Shown here: positions 7,826-17,458 of the stretch, piece by piece
How positions within the stretch are numbered: the first letter of the stretch is position 1
How the letters are laid out: every line of letters starts with the position of its first letter
Assembly: GCA_964550225.1 (NCBI GenBank)
Contig: CAZJXT010000002.1
Location: 1-32,365, forward strand
From: an uncultured Candidatus Saccharibacteria bacterium
GTDB taxonomy: Bacteria; Patescibacteriota; Minisyncoccia; Phycocordibacterales; UBA1006
Direction of reading: 5' to 3'
DNA length: 32,365 nucleotides
Position numbers and translations under genes: made by a program
Notes under the pieces: model-generated
Databases searched by the model: none
What the model was told of the DNA's origin: nothing
Seen by the model: the letters and a program-made list of their open reading frames with translations, nothing else

Positions 7826-8278
7826 ATGGAAATTACAGCCGACATGATCAAGTCATTGCGCGAAGAAACAGGTATTTCAGTAATGCAGTGTAAAAAAGCA
7901 TTAGAAGAAGCTGGTGGAAATATGGAACAAGCACGTGTCGCTTTGCAAGCGATTGCAGCTGCACAAGCAGAAAAAAAGGCTGACCGAGAACTAGGAGGAG
8001 GAATTGTGGCAAGTTATATTCACAGTAATAAAAAAATGGGAGTATTGCTTACCATGAACTGCGAAACTGATTTCGTAGCACAAAACGAAGAATTCGTCTC
8101 TGCTGCAAACCAAATTGCTATGCATATCGGAGCAATGGAGCCAGAATCATTAATAGCGCTTCTTGAACAACCTTTTATCATGAACCCTGAACTTACCATT
8201 AAACAAGTAATTGATTCATTGGTTCAAAAAACAGGTGAGCGCGTTGAAATTGATCAATTTGTACGATATACTGTGTAA
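7826..8278 (+). CDS. tsf: Elongation factor Ts, very short form (150 aa)
   Basis: UBA-like N-terminus IKSLREETGISVMQCKKALEEAGGNMEQA, the TDFVAQNEEF motif, and the canonical position after rpsB. Confidence 0.88.
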   Translation: MEITADMIKSLREETGISVMQCKKALEEAGGNMEQARVALQAIAAAQAEKKADRELGGGIVASYIHSNKKMGVLLTMNCETDFVAQNEEFVSAANQIAMHIGAMEPESLIALLEQPFIMNPELTIKQVIDSLVQKTGERVEIDQFVRYTV

Positions 8279-8280
8279 AC

Positions 8281-8673
8281 ATGATATTTATTATTTGTAT
8301 TGTCGTTGGAATTATAGGTATTGTTGGAATATTATGGATTTCATCAGCAAGTATTCGTTATCTAGAGAATCCTATTGCTCATGGAACTGAATGGTTTCAA
8401 TTTCATCCTGAATATTTTCAATCTGGAATTACTTCATATTTTCAAAAACACGCACGTTATTTTTTGAAAAAAATTCTTATATGGCTTATTGCTGTCTATA
8501 GAAAATTAGCTCAAAAAATTACCGTAAAGCAAATGGTTAAGAAAAAAATTCGTGAATTTTTATACGATCATTCTACTGAAGGTAAAAAACATCCATCAGA
8601 ATTTTGGAACAAGGTGCGACATAATAACATTCCACAAATAAAGACTGATTTACCCCCTCTTGAAAAGGAATAA
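8281..8673 (+). CDS. Hypothetical membrane protein, 130 aa
   Basis: Starts 3 nt after the tsf stop. It has an N-terminal TM helix (IFIICIVVGIIGIVGILWI) and a second hydrophobic segment. Confidence 0.6.
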   Translation: MIFIICIVVGIIGIVGILWISSASIRYLENPIAHGTEWFQFHPEYFQSGITSYFQKHARYFLKKILIWLIAVYRKLAQKITVKQMVKKKIREFLYDHSTEGKKHPSEFWNKVRHNNIPQIKTDLPPLEKE

Positions 8674-8680
8674 TCATTAT

Positions 8681-8720
8681 GTTAGGATGTCTTCACTCGC
8701 AATAGTGAGAACATTCTAAC
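8681..8720 (+). other. Long RNA hairpin immediately 5' of tRNA-Thr
   Basis: 17-position stem (GTTAGGATGTCTTCACT / AGTGAGAACATTCTAAC) with one mismatch and two G-U pairs, and a 6-nt loop. It ends 3 nt before the tRNA. No U-tract follows. Confidence 0.6.
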
Positions 8721-8723
8721 CAT

Positions 8724-8796
8724 GCCGCTTTAGCTCAGTTGGTAGAGCAACACTTTTGTAAAGTGAAGGTCCCCAGTTCGAATCTGGGAAGCGGCT
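8724..8796 (+). tRNA. tRNA-Thr (anticodon UGU)
   Basis: Manual cloverleaf: acceptor GCCGCTT/AAGCGGC, D arm GCTC-AGTTGGTA-GAGC, anticodon loop TTTGTAA, T arm CCCAG-TTCGAAT-CTGGG. Length is 73 nt. CCA is not encoded. Confidence 0.9.
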
Positions 8797-8804
8797 CCCA
8801 AAAA

Positions 8805-8836
8805 ACAAAAAACCACCCTATTCGGTGGTTTTTTGT
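8805..8836. terminator. Bidirectional intrinsic terminator
   Basis: AACCACC-CTATTC-GGTGGTT hairpin flanked by an A-run and a T-run, between tRNA-Thr (+) and ORF 8818-9531 (-). Confidence 0.75.
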
Positions 8837-9531
8837 TGAGCTTTCTTTTTTAAAACTTCTTGTTCTGTAAGCATTTTAGCAAGTGCAGGAACCGCTTTTT
8901 CAATTGATTCAATTGACTGAAATCCTTCTGATGCTTTACCGTTAATAATCAAACTTGGTACTGATGCAGGCGCATTAGTGATTGTTTGCAATGTTTTGAT
9001 TGCTGATAAATCAAGATTGGCATCAAATGCATACACTCGAAGTAGTGGGTATTTTTCACGAAGTGCTGTAAGTACATACCCCTGTTTTGTACAATCTTCA
9101 CAGTTATTAGCATAGAAATAAATTACAGTAATTGGTTTTGTATGACATTTTTCAGCAAGTGCTGAAACAAGCATGTAATCCTTGATTTGAAGTAGTGAAT
9201 AATATTTTTTAAGTCCAACCACTTCTTCATTATCGGTACCTAATTGACTCTCCATAAATGACAACCTATCTCCTAATTGCCCAATTTCTGGAGCAAGAAT
9301 AGAATTTCCGTCTTGAGTACAATCAGCCTGATTTAATAGTGCAAATTGTGTTTCTGATGATAACAAATCAATAGAGAGTTTATCTTGGATTGACCGCATT
9401 TCATCTACTCGTTTTTTGTTAGCGCTATCACTGATATAAAAAATACTGACAAAGATAGTTGCTGTAATAAATAAGGCAAGTATATATCGTGCCCAATCAA
9501 TTTTTCGTTGTATAGGTTGTTGTGTATTCAT
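8818..9531 (-). CDS. Membrane-anchored thioredoxin-like protein (CxxC)
   Basis: N-terminal TM anchor and a C-terminal thioredoxin-like region with CEDC inside FYANNCEDCTKQG. Starts 11 nt after the GT2 gene. Confidence 0.7.
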   Translation of the reverse strand: MNTQQPIQRKIDWARYILALFITATIFVSIFYISDSANKKRVDEMRSIQDKLSIDLLSSETQFALLNQADCTQDGNSILAPEIGQLGDRLSFMESQLGTDNEEVVGLKKYYSLLQIKDYMLVSALAEKCHTKPITVIYFYANNCEDCTKQGYVLTALREKYPLLRVYAFDANLDLSAIKTLQTITNAPASVPSLIINGKASEGFQSIESIEKAVPALAKMLTEQEVLKKKAQQKTTE

Positions 9532-9542
9532 AAATGTTTAAA

Positions 9543-10799
9543 TTATCGCCATGCTTTTTTCTTTCCTCGTAATGCATTGTACGCTGATTGTCCTGTCCAC
9601 CATGCTGAGAAAAAAGGATATACAATAAGGGTTAATAAATCAAGAGTCCAGAAATTTTGTTTAAGTAATTTTTTACGCCCCATAGCTAATGTTCCAATGA
9701 GAAACAATATCGTAATAATTCCTAGAATAGTATAAGCGCTCGTATTTAAATAAAAGAGATCTAAATTAATTTTTCCTGTAATCTGCTGTGTTACTACAAA
9801 TCGCTCTGCGAGATGAACTACTGGAGTAACAAGACCCAGAATCATAATAGGAATTAAAAGAACTGCAATAATTAACATTGCAAATAAAATAGGAATAGTT
9901 ACTGCAACATGTCCGAGATTATCTTTAAAGAAAATCCATCGATAATCCCAAACATTCATGATGAAACCATAGGTCCATCGTACTCGTTGTTTTAACAAAG
10001 CTCGCCAAGTTCGAGGTCCTCGAGTATATACCAATGAATCAATAGCATGAGATAGTCGCATTCCTTTTATTTGCATACGCAGAGCAAGTTCCATATCTTC
10101 TACGTGATGAGCTTCGTGATAATTACCTAATACATCAAATACCTCTCGTTTAAATAATGTAAATGGCCCTGGAGCAATATAGAGAGCGTTAAGTCGTGAA
10201 AAAGCTTGTTTGGCATATGTTGCTAATTCATATTCTACCTTTTGCATCCATTGAAAAAATGTTTCTGGATGATCAATGACCATCGAAGGTACTACTGCCA
10301 TAACTCCTGGCTTAGTAAATTCAAGAAGTGATGCATGGAGCGCCTCTGGATGAACTCCTGAGTCTGCATCGAGACACCCGATAATACCAATTGTTGGCAT
10401 ATGTGCACGTATGTGAGCCAATCCAAAATTTAGAGCTGCGAACTTACTTCCTTCGTTTTCTTTTTTCAAAAGAACCACTGATTCATTTCCAATAAACTGT
10501 TGTACAACTTGCCAAGTAGTATCAGTTGATCCGTCATCAATGACTACAATACGTAATTTTTCACGAGGATAATTAAGTGACAATAATGAATTCACTGTTT
10601 TTACCACAGTTTTTTCTTCATTCCAACAAGGAACTAAAATAGCTACTGATGGCATATAAGGATCAGTTGCTGGAATATCATCTTCTCCAAATTCTGTCTT
10701 TCCGTCCCAAAAAAAATAAGAAACGAGTAAAAACACTTGGAAATACAAGCCGCCAAACAATGCTCCGTATAGCATAATTTGTTTAATACTTTCAAACAT
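9543..10799 (-). CDS. Processive family-2 glycosyltransferase (cellulose/chitin/PNAG-synthase-like), integral membrane
   Basis: Motifs DDGSTD, LDADS and QRVRWTYG (Q-x-x-RW), with N- and C-terminal TM helices. The ORF-track start 10832 is TTG and lies inside the rpoD terminator. ATG 10799 follows an extended -10 box. Confidence 0.85.
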   Translation of the reverse strand: MFESIKQIMLYGALFGGLYFQVFLLVSYFFWDGKTEFGEDDIPATDPYMPSVAILVPCWNEEKTVVKTVNSLLSLNYPREKLRIVVIDDGSTDTTWQVVQQFIGNESVVLLKKENEGSKFAALNFGLAHIRAHMPTIGIIGCLDADSGVHPEALHASLLEFTKPGVMAVVPSMVIDHPETFFQWMQKVEYELATYAKQAFSRLNALYIAPGPFTLFKREVFDVLGNYHEAHHVEDMELALRMQIKGMRLSHAIDSLVYTRGPRTWRALLKQRVRWTYGFIMNVWDYRWIFFKDNLGHVAVTIPILFAMLIIAVLLIPIMILGLVTPVVHLAERFVVTQQITGKINLDLFYLNTSAYTILGIITILFLIGTLAMGRKKLLKQNFWTLDLLTLIVYPFFSAWWTGQSAYNALRGKKKAWR

Positions 10800-10809
10800 A
10801 TATTGGTCT

Positions 10810-10818
10810 ATTATAACA
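10810..10818 (-). promoter_or_regulatory. Extended -10 promoter of the GT2 gene
   Basis: Minus strand TGTTATAAT, then 10 nt to ATG 10799. Confidence 0.55.
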
Positions 10819-10819
10819 T

Positions 10820-10846
10820 AAAAAACTACCAAAAGGTAGTTTTTTA
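10820..10846 (-). terminator. Intrinsic terminator after rpoD
   Basis: AAAAACTACC-AAAA-GGTAGTTTTT hairpin with flanking A and T runs, 10 nt after the rpoD stop. Confidence 0.6.
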
Positions 10847-10856
10847 TGTTATATAT

Positions 10857-12119
10857 TTAATAATCCCTCAATTTCATGATTTTGTCATTTCCTCTGATTT
10901 TATCATGTACTTTAGCCTCAATTTGTCGAATACGTTCGCGAGTTACTCCGAACTCTTTTCCTACCTCTTCCAAAGTATGATTAATTCCATCAAGAAGCCC
11001 GTATCGCATTTCTACAATTTTCTGTTCCTTTGGAGAAAGATCGTTGAGAATTTCTTTGAATTGATCTTGGAGAATTCTTTTTGATGCTTCACGATCAGGT
11101 GACATAATTTTATCATCTGCTACGAATTCTGAGAGTGTTGATTTATCATCATCAGATCCACCAATTGATTCTTCAAGAGATTTTGTTGATTGATTAATTT
11201 TATTAATCATATAAATCTTATCTACTTCGATTCCCATCTCAGTTGCAATTTCTTCTGGAAGTGGGGTTCGCCCGAGATCTTGTTCCAAACGACGAGTTAC
11301 CTGTTTATATTTGGAAATCGTTTCAACCATGTGTACTGGAATACGAATAGTTCGAGACTGATCTGCTAATGCTCGAGTGATTGATTGACGAATCCACCAT
11401 GTAGCATACGTTGAAAATTTAAATCCTTTAGTCCAATCAAACTTTTCAACTGCTTTATAGAGTCCAATATTCCCCTCTTGAATCAAATCAAGCAGTGTGA
11501 GATCTGCAGATCGTGTTGCATATTTTTTTGCAATAGAAACCACAAGTCGCAAGTTTGCTTGTGCAAGGAGATTTCGCGCCTCATCATCCCCTGCAAGAAT
11601 TTTCTGAGCAAGGTCTCGTTCTTCTGCAGCACGAATCAGTGGATATTTCCCAATCTCTTTTAAGTACATTTGTACTGAATCGTTTGATGCTGATGCACGA
11701 TCATATCGACGTCCAGCTAATTCTGGATCTGGACCAGTTTCAACAGCAAGGAGTCCCCCTGTTTCAATAATATCAATACCAGCGTCACCAAATTTTTTAT
11801 ACAAATCATCTAAAAACATTACATCCTCTTCGATATCTGGAAACGCCTTAAGAAGTTCATCGTAGGTTAAAAAACGTCTTTTTTTTCCTTTATCAATGAG
11901 CTGTTGTACTCGCTCATCAATTTGTTCTTTTGTAAGACCTTTTGCAGGAAGAAGCTGTTTTTTTGAGGATGGTTTCTTTTTTACTACCGCCTTTTTTACA
12001 GGCTTTTTAGCAGGTGTTTTTTTAACTACTTTCTTTATTGCTTTTTTAAGAACAGTTTTCTTTATTGTTTTTTTTACAGGCTTTTTAGCAGGTGTTTTTT
12101 TGAGAGTTTTTTTTGCCAT
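10857..12119 (-). CDS. rpoD: Primary sigma factor (sigma-70 family) with a lysine-rich N-terminal extension
   Basis: Region 2 [39 protein letters not shown] and region 4.2 [23 protein letters not shown]. The N-terminal 55 aa or so are KKP/AKK repeats. Confidence 0.95.
   Translation of the reverse strand: MAKKTLKKTPAKKPVKKTIKKTVLKKAIKKVVKKTPAKKPVKKAVVKKKPSSKKQLLPAKGLTKEQIDERVQQLIDKGKKRRFLTYDELLKAFPDIEEDVMFLDDLYKKFGDAGIDIIETGGLLAVETGPDPELAGRRYDRASASNDSVQMYLKEIGKYPLIRAAEERDLAQKILAGDDEARNLLAQANLRLVVSIAKKYATRSADLTLLDLIQEGNIGLYKAVEKFDWTKGFKFSTYATWWIRQSITRALADQSRTIRIPVHMVETISKYKQVTRRLEQDLGRTPLPEEIATEMGIEVDKIYMINKINQSTKSLEESIGGSDDDKSTLSEFVADDKIMSPDREASKRILQDQFKEILNDLSPKEQKIVEMRYGLLDGINHTLEEVGKEFGVTRERIRQIEAKVHDKIRGNDKIMKLRDY
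11992..12101 (-). repeat. In-frame 78-nt-spaced direct repeat within the rpoD 5' region
   Basis: An identical segment of about 31 nt, TTTTTACAGGCTTTTTAGCAGGTGTTTTTTT, occurs at about 11993 and 12071 (plus strand). It encodes [11 protein letters not shown] twice. Confidence 0.85.
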
Positions 12120-12134
12120 ATAATGTAATGATGA

Positions 12135-13787
12135 TTAGCGACTGGTAAGTTGATGCACAAGAGAATCTTTACGACGAGAGATTTCGTGAATTTTTTTTAA
12201 AATCTCAACATCATCTGGGTGCTCCATTAGTTGACGACTGAGCTTTTCTCGCTCATCGTCAATCATTTGCATCTCATATCGAGTTATGAGATTTTTTTGT
12301 AATAACTCATACGATGTTTTATTCTCAACAAATGATCCCAATTGTTGATCCCATTCTGAAATAATGGCAATTGTGTCAGAATCAGACATATCCAAGGCAC
12401 CCGAGAAAAGTTGATTCATTATCATAATCTGTTTTTCAAGAGGACGATCCTCTGTTTTCAAAGATACAGATAGTTGTTTTTGAGGGTTAAGTTCCGATGA
12501 TTTATTTTTCAAGAATTTTTCAAACTCTTTACGAATAGGATCAATAGAGCTCGAACCAAATGCGTGTGCAATTTCTTGTAATTTATCATCAATAGTTATT
12601 TGTGAATGAATAAATGAAAGAATTGGAAAAAGTTCTTTTTCTGCAATTATTGTTTTTTGATTCATTTCATTTCGTTCTTTCATTTTTTCTAATCTGAAAG
12701 TAATAACATCTTTACGCTGAAGCACCATCTGCTTCCAAAGATCTGGATTTTCTGCAACCGCATCAGCAGGATCTTTTCCTGATGATATATCAATAATGAG
12801 CACGTGCATGTCATTTTGATATGCAATCATTGCTGTTTTTTGAGCGGCAGCAAGACCTGCGTTATCAGCATCTAAACAAATAGCAATATTATCGGTAAAA
12901 CGCTTAAGTTGTTTCATCTGAGCATCAGTACTAGCAGTTCCTGATAATGCAACTACATGAGTAATGCCTGCTTGGTGACTCATAATACAATCCATTTGAC
13001 CTTCTACAACAATAACAAATCCATTTGCGTGAATCGCTGTTTTTGCTTTATCAAAACCAAACAAAACATTTGATTTATGATAAAGATCTGTTTCTGGTGA
13101 GTTGATATATTTTCCAACCGGCCGAAGAGACTCTTCGGTACCTGGCATAACGCGACCCGTAAAGGCAATGACTCGTCCTTGACTATCAGTAATTGGAAAC
13201 ATGATGCGCTCACGGAATCGATCATAGAGACCTGGCTTTGATCCTTTTAAACATAAACCTGTTGCGAGAATATCCTCATCTGAATATTTTTTTCGCTTAA
13301 GATACTCATATAGATGCGACCATCCTGATTCCGCATATCCAATACGAAATGCAACCATGGTTTCTTTTGTCATGGCACGTCCTAATAAATAATCTACTAC
13401 TGGCTTATGAGTACGCAACCCAATTTCATAAAACTTTGTTGCTTGCTCCATAATCTCTCGTAATGTGTTTATTCGGCTTGGTTTGTTTGTCTGATGAGTA
13501 TATTCTTCAAGCGAAACACCCGCTTTTTCTGCGAGTTGTTTCAACGCGTCAACAAATTCTAATCCTTCCATTTCTTGGACAAAATTGAAAATGTCTCCGC
13601 CTTTTTGACATCCAAAGCAATAGTAAATTCCTAAATCTGGAGTTACCTGAAAACTTGGTGTTTTTTCATTATGAAAAGGACAGCATGCACGAAAATTCTT
13701 TCCCGATTTTTCGAGCTTAATATATGAACCGACTACCGATTCAATCGATAATTTCTGTTTAATTGTTTCAACAGTGTTTCGATTCAT
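12135..13787 (-). CDS. dnaG: DNA primase
   Basis: Zinc finger CPFHNEKTPSF...CFGCQKGGD and TOPRIM motifs EGQMD and DADNAG. Confidence 0.95.
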   Translation of the reverse strand: MNRNTVETIKQKLSIESVVGSYIKLEKSGKNFRACCPFHNEKTPSFQVTPDLGIYYCFGCQKGGDIFNFVQEMEGLEFVDALKQLAEKAGVSLEEYTHQTNKPSRINTLREIMEQATKFYEIGLRTHKPVVDYLLGRAMTKETMVAFRIGYAESGWSHLYEYLKRKKYSDEDILATGLCLKGSKPGLYDRFRERIMFPITDSQGRVIAFTGRVMPGTEESLRPVGKYINSPETDLYHKSNVLFGFDKAKTAIHANGFVIVVEGQMDCIMSHQAGITHVVALSGTASTDAQMKQLKRFTDNIAICLDADNAGLAAAQKTAMIAYQNDMHVLIIDISSGKDPADAVAENPDLWKQMVLQRKDVITFRLEKMKERNEMNQKTIIAEKELFPILSFIHSQITIDDKLQEIAHAFGSSSIDPIRKEFEKFLKNKSSELNPQKQLSVSLKTEDRPLEKQIMIMNQLFSGALDMSDSDTIAIISEWDQQLGSFVENKTSYELLQKNLITRYEMQMIDDEREKLSRQLMEHPDDVEILKKIHEISRRKDSLVHQLTSR

Positions 13788-13798
13788 GTGTATATATA

Positions 13799-16700
13799 TT
13801 ACTGTTCTTGTTGTTGATCTTGTAATACTTTCAACGTAGGTACGAATTCATCAGAGAATCCAGTTCCTGCTGGAACAAGGTTTCCTACCATCACATTTTC
13901 CATCAATCCTCGCAATTCATCATGACCTGCTTCTACAGCATTATTTACCAATACTCGAGTAACACGTTCGAACGCCGCAGCTGACATCCATGATTTTGCA
14001 GTAAGAGAAACCTCTCCAATTCCTTTTAGTAACTGAATACCTTCTGCTGGTAATTTCCCAGATGCTTCACACAAACGATTTTGTTTAATGAATTCACCTT
14101 TTTCAACAATTTGTCCTGTTGTGAAATTCGTATCATTTGGCTTCTTGATTTGAATACGACTAAACATTTGTCGAATAATAATTTCCAAGTGTTTACGTGC
14201 AATAGGTGCACTGTGTAATTCATACACCTTGTTAATTTCTGCAATAATGTATTCTTGCACTCGATCGAATCCAGCAATAGCAAAGAGGTCTTGAGGATTT
14301 GCAGCACCATCTGTCATTAATTCTCCTTTTTTTACAGACTGTCCTACTTTTACAGATATTGTTCGTCGTGGGTCAACTATATACTCTCTTGATTTATCTG
14401 CATCATTTTTTGCGCTTGATGAAAGAACCACAATTGTTTTTTGAACGCCGTCATTTTTTATCTCAATAACATCTCCATCTGTTTCAGAAATAACTGCTGG
14501 GATTTTAATAGATCGAGATTCAAATAATTGATCTACTCGAGGAAGTCCGGCGGTAATATCATGTCCTTTTACCCCTCCGGCATGCATGGTTCGAAGCGTC
14601 AACTGTGTTCCCGGTTCTCCAATTGCCTGAGCAGCAACGATTCCTACAGCTTCTCCGAGTTTTACCATAGCATTGCGTCCGAGATCTAATCCATAACATT
14701 GTTGGCAAAGTCCATGAAGTGTCTCACAGGTAAGCGGTGAACGAACTACTACTTCTGTTACTCCTGACTCATCAATAATTTTTGCATCTTCTTTAGTTAC
14801 AAAATGATCTCGTTTAAACAATATTTTTCCATTACTATCTTTTACATTTTCGGCAAGCACCCGTCCTGAAATATTTTTAGAAATTGGACGAATCATACCG
14901 TCAATATTTTCTGGACGCACGACAAGACCTTTTTTAGTACCACAGTCATTTTCGAGAATTACTACATCTTGTCCTACAATTACTAATCGTCGAGTCAAAT
15001 ATCCTGCAAGTGCTGTGTTAAGTGCTGTGTCGGTCAACCCTTTTCGTGAACCGTGGTTTGTAATGAAATATTCAATAGGAGAAAGCCCTTCTTTGTATGA
15101 AGAAACAATTGGGAATTCGAGTGGTCGTCCCGCGGTGTTTACGATAACTCCTTTCATTCCGGCCATTTGTCGTAATTGGGCAGTATTTCCTCGAGCTCCA
15201 GAGACAATTTGATCATGAATAGATTCAGAATCTGTAAGATTTTTCTCAATAGCTTTTTCAATTTTACGAGTAACCCCTTCCCACAATTCAATCAATTTAT
15301 TATATCGCTCATCATCAGAGATAAGTCCGTCCATAAACTGATCAATAATTTGTGCTTCAGATTTTCGAGCCTCTAAGACAATTTCTTTTTTCTCTTGGGG
15401 AACAAGAGCATCATCAATACCGATAGTTGTACCTGATTTTGTAGAGAATTTTTGTCCGAATACTTTAATAGCATCAAGGAGTGTTGGTGTTGCATCAAAT
15501 CCATATTTATTAATTACACGATCAACCATTTGTCCGAGAACTTTTTTGGTTGCTTCTGTATTAATAAATTCAAAATCTGCAGGAAGTACCTGATTAAATA
15601 AAATACGTCCAACAGTTGTTTCAAAAACCTTTCCTCCAAAAATCGCGTATTTATTAGAATTTTCTGGAAGAACATAAATTTTTGCACGAACATCAATAAT
15701 ACCATGATCATATGCAAGAATAGCCTCGTTTGGTGATGAGAACATTTTTCCTTCACCAGTTGCTCCTGCAACGATTTTAGTTACCCAATAGCATCCCAAT
15801 ACAATATCTTGTGTTGGTTGCATCACAGGATCTCCTGATTGAGGTTTGAGCAAGTTTTTATTTGACGCAATCAATTCACGTGCTTCAATTTGAGCTTCGT
15901 CTGACAATGGTACATGAACCGCCATTTGATCTCCGTCAAAGTCTGCGTTGAATGCGGAACATACCATTGGATGAACTTGAATCGCCTTTCCTTCGATCAA
16001 TACCGGATTAAATGCTTGGATAGACAATCGGTGCAATGTTGGTGCACGGTTCAAGAGCACATATTTTCCTTGAATCACTTCTTCGAGAATTTCCCATACT
16101 TCTGGCGCTCCATCTTCAATAAGTTTTCCAGCACCACGAATGTTATATGCCAATTCTCGTTTCAAAATTTGAGAAATAACAAACGGTCGGAATAATTCGA
16201 GCGCCATGAATTTTGGCAATCCGCATTGATTCAATTTGAGACTTGGCCCTACTACAATTACTGAACGTCCTGAATAATCTACTCGTTTTCCAAGAAGATT
16301 TGCTCGTAAGATTCCTTGTTTTCCTTTCAAACTATCTGCAAGTGATTTTAATTGACGTCGCTGCGCTTGTGACATCGCAACTGAACCAGAATGTTTTCGA
16401 ATGGTGTTATCAATTAATGAATCCACGGCTTCTTGCAAGATTCGTTTTTCGTTTCGCAAAATAACATCAGGAGCTCCAATTTCTTTCAATTTTTTCAAAC
16501 GATTATTTCGGTTGATTACTCGTCGATACAAATCGTTTACATCTGATGTTGCATGACGTCCACCTTCAAGAGCAACCATTGGTCGCAAGGCTGGTGGAAT
16601 AACAGGAATCGCAGTAAGAAACATCCATTCTGGACGCTGATTTGATGCAATCAATGCACGGATCATATGTAATCGACGCTCCATTTTTTCTCGAGTTGCT

Positions 16701-17437
16701 GGATCTTTTTGTAACATTTTTTCAATATCAGCAACCATTGCTTGTAAATCAAGTGATTTGAAAATAGTGTATACCGCTTCAGCTCCAATACCCGCTTCAA
16801 AAACGGTACTAAATTTCATTGAAAATTTGTGATATTCAACCTCTGATAAAATACGTAATGGTACCAAATCAATGAGATCTTTTTTTGTTGCCGTAAACAA
16901 TTCTTTCAATGCATCTTTCTCTGTATCAGTCTCAAGAGTTTTCATACGAATCTTATATTCGTTATCAAGCTCTTTCAATACTCGATCTTTTTCTGATTGG
17001 TGGATTTCAGTAACAATATATCCTGCAAAGTAAATTACTTTTTCAAGTTGATTAATAGGAATATTTAACAAGGTTGCCATTCGTGATGGAATTCCTCGTA
17101 AGAACCAAATATGAGCAACTGGTGAAGCAAGTTCAATATGCCCCATACGTTCACGACGTACGATAGCTTTAGTTACTTCTACTCCACATTTTTCACACAC
17201 AATACCTGCGTAGCGAATGCGTTTATATTTTCCACAATAACATTCGTAATCTTTTTCTGGGCCGAATACTTTCTCGTCAAATAACCCTCCTCGTTCTGAA
17301 CGACCAGTTCGATAGTTAATTGTTTCTGGTTTTTGAACTTCACCGTATGACCATTCTCGAATTCGCTCTGGCGATGCCAAAGAGAGTGAGATGATATCCG
17401 GTGTAAATGTTGCATGATCTTTATTATTTGTATTCAT
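13799..17437 (-). CDS. rpoC: DNA-directed RNA polymerase subunit beta'
   Basis: Catalytic NADFDGDQM motif, N-terminal zinc motif CYCGKY...CEKCGVEV, 1212 aa. Confidence 0.97.
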   Translation of the reverse strand: MNTNNKDHATFTPDIISLSLASPERIREWSYGEVQKPETINYRTGRSERGGLFDEKVFGPEKDYECYCGKYKRIRYAGIVCEKCGVEVTKAIVRRERMGHIELASPVAHIWFLRGIPSRMATLLNIPINQLEKVIYFAGYIVTEIHQSEKDRVLKELDNEYKIRMKTLETDTEKDALKELFTATKKDLIDLVPLRILSEVEYHKFSMKFSTVFEAGIGAEAVYTIFKSLDLQAMVADIEKMLQKDPATREKMERRLHMIRALIASNQRPEWMFLTAIPVIPPALRPMVALEGGRHATSDVNDLYRRVINRNNRLKKLKEIGAPDVILRNEKRILQEAVDSLIDNTIRKHSGSVAMSQAQRRQLKSLADSLKGKQGILRANLLGKRVDYSGRSVIVVGPSLKLNQCGLPKFMALELFRPFVISQILKRELAYNIRGAGKLIEDGAPEVWEILEEVIQGKYVLLNRAPTLHRLSIQAFNPVLIEGKAIQVHPMVCSAFNADFDGDQMAVHVPLSDEAQIEARELIASNKNLLKPQSGDPVMQPTQDIVLGCYWVTKIVAGATGEGKMFSSPNEAILAYDHGIIDVRAKIYVLPENSNKYAIFGGKVFETTVGRILFNQVLPADFEFINTEATKKVLGQMVDRVINKYGFDATPTLLDAIKVFGQKFSTKSGTTIGIDDALVPQEKKEIVLEARKSEAQIIDQFMDGLISDDERYNKLIELWEGVTRKIEKAIEKNLTDSESIHDQIVSGARGNTAQLRQMAGMKGVIVNTAGRPLEFPIVSSYKEGLSPIEYFITNHGSRKGLTDTALNTALAGYLTRRLVIVGQDVVILENDCGTKKGLVVRPENIDGMIRPISKNISGRVLAENVKDSNGKILFKRDHFVTKEDAKIIDESGVTEVVVRSPLTCETLHGLCQQCYGLDLGRNAMVKLGEAVGIVAAQAIGEPGTQLTLRTMHAGGVKGHDITAGLPRVDQLFESRSIKIPAVISETDGDVIEIKNDGVQKTIVVLSSSAKNDADKSREYIVDPRRTISVKVGQSVKKGELMTDGAANPQDLFAIAGFDRVQEYIIAEINKVYELHSAPIARKHLEIIIRQMFSRIQIKKPNDTNFTTGQIVEKGEFIKQNRLCEASGKLPAEGIQLLKGIGEVSLTAKSWMSAAAFERVTRVLVNNAVEAGHDELRGLMENVMVGNLVPAGTGFSDEFVPTLKVLQDQQQEQ

Positions 17438-17458
17438 AAAATATATGATGGGGATGCA

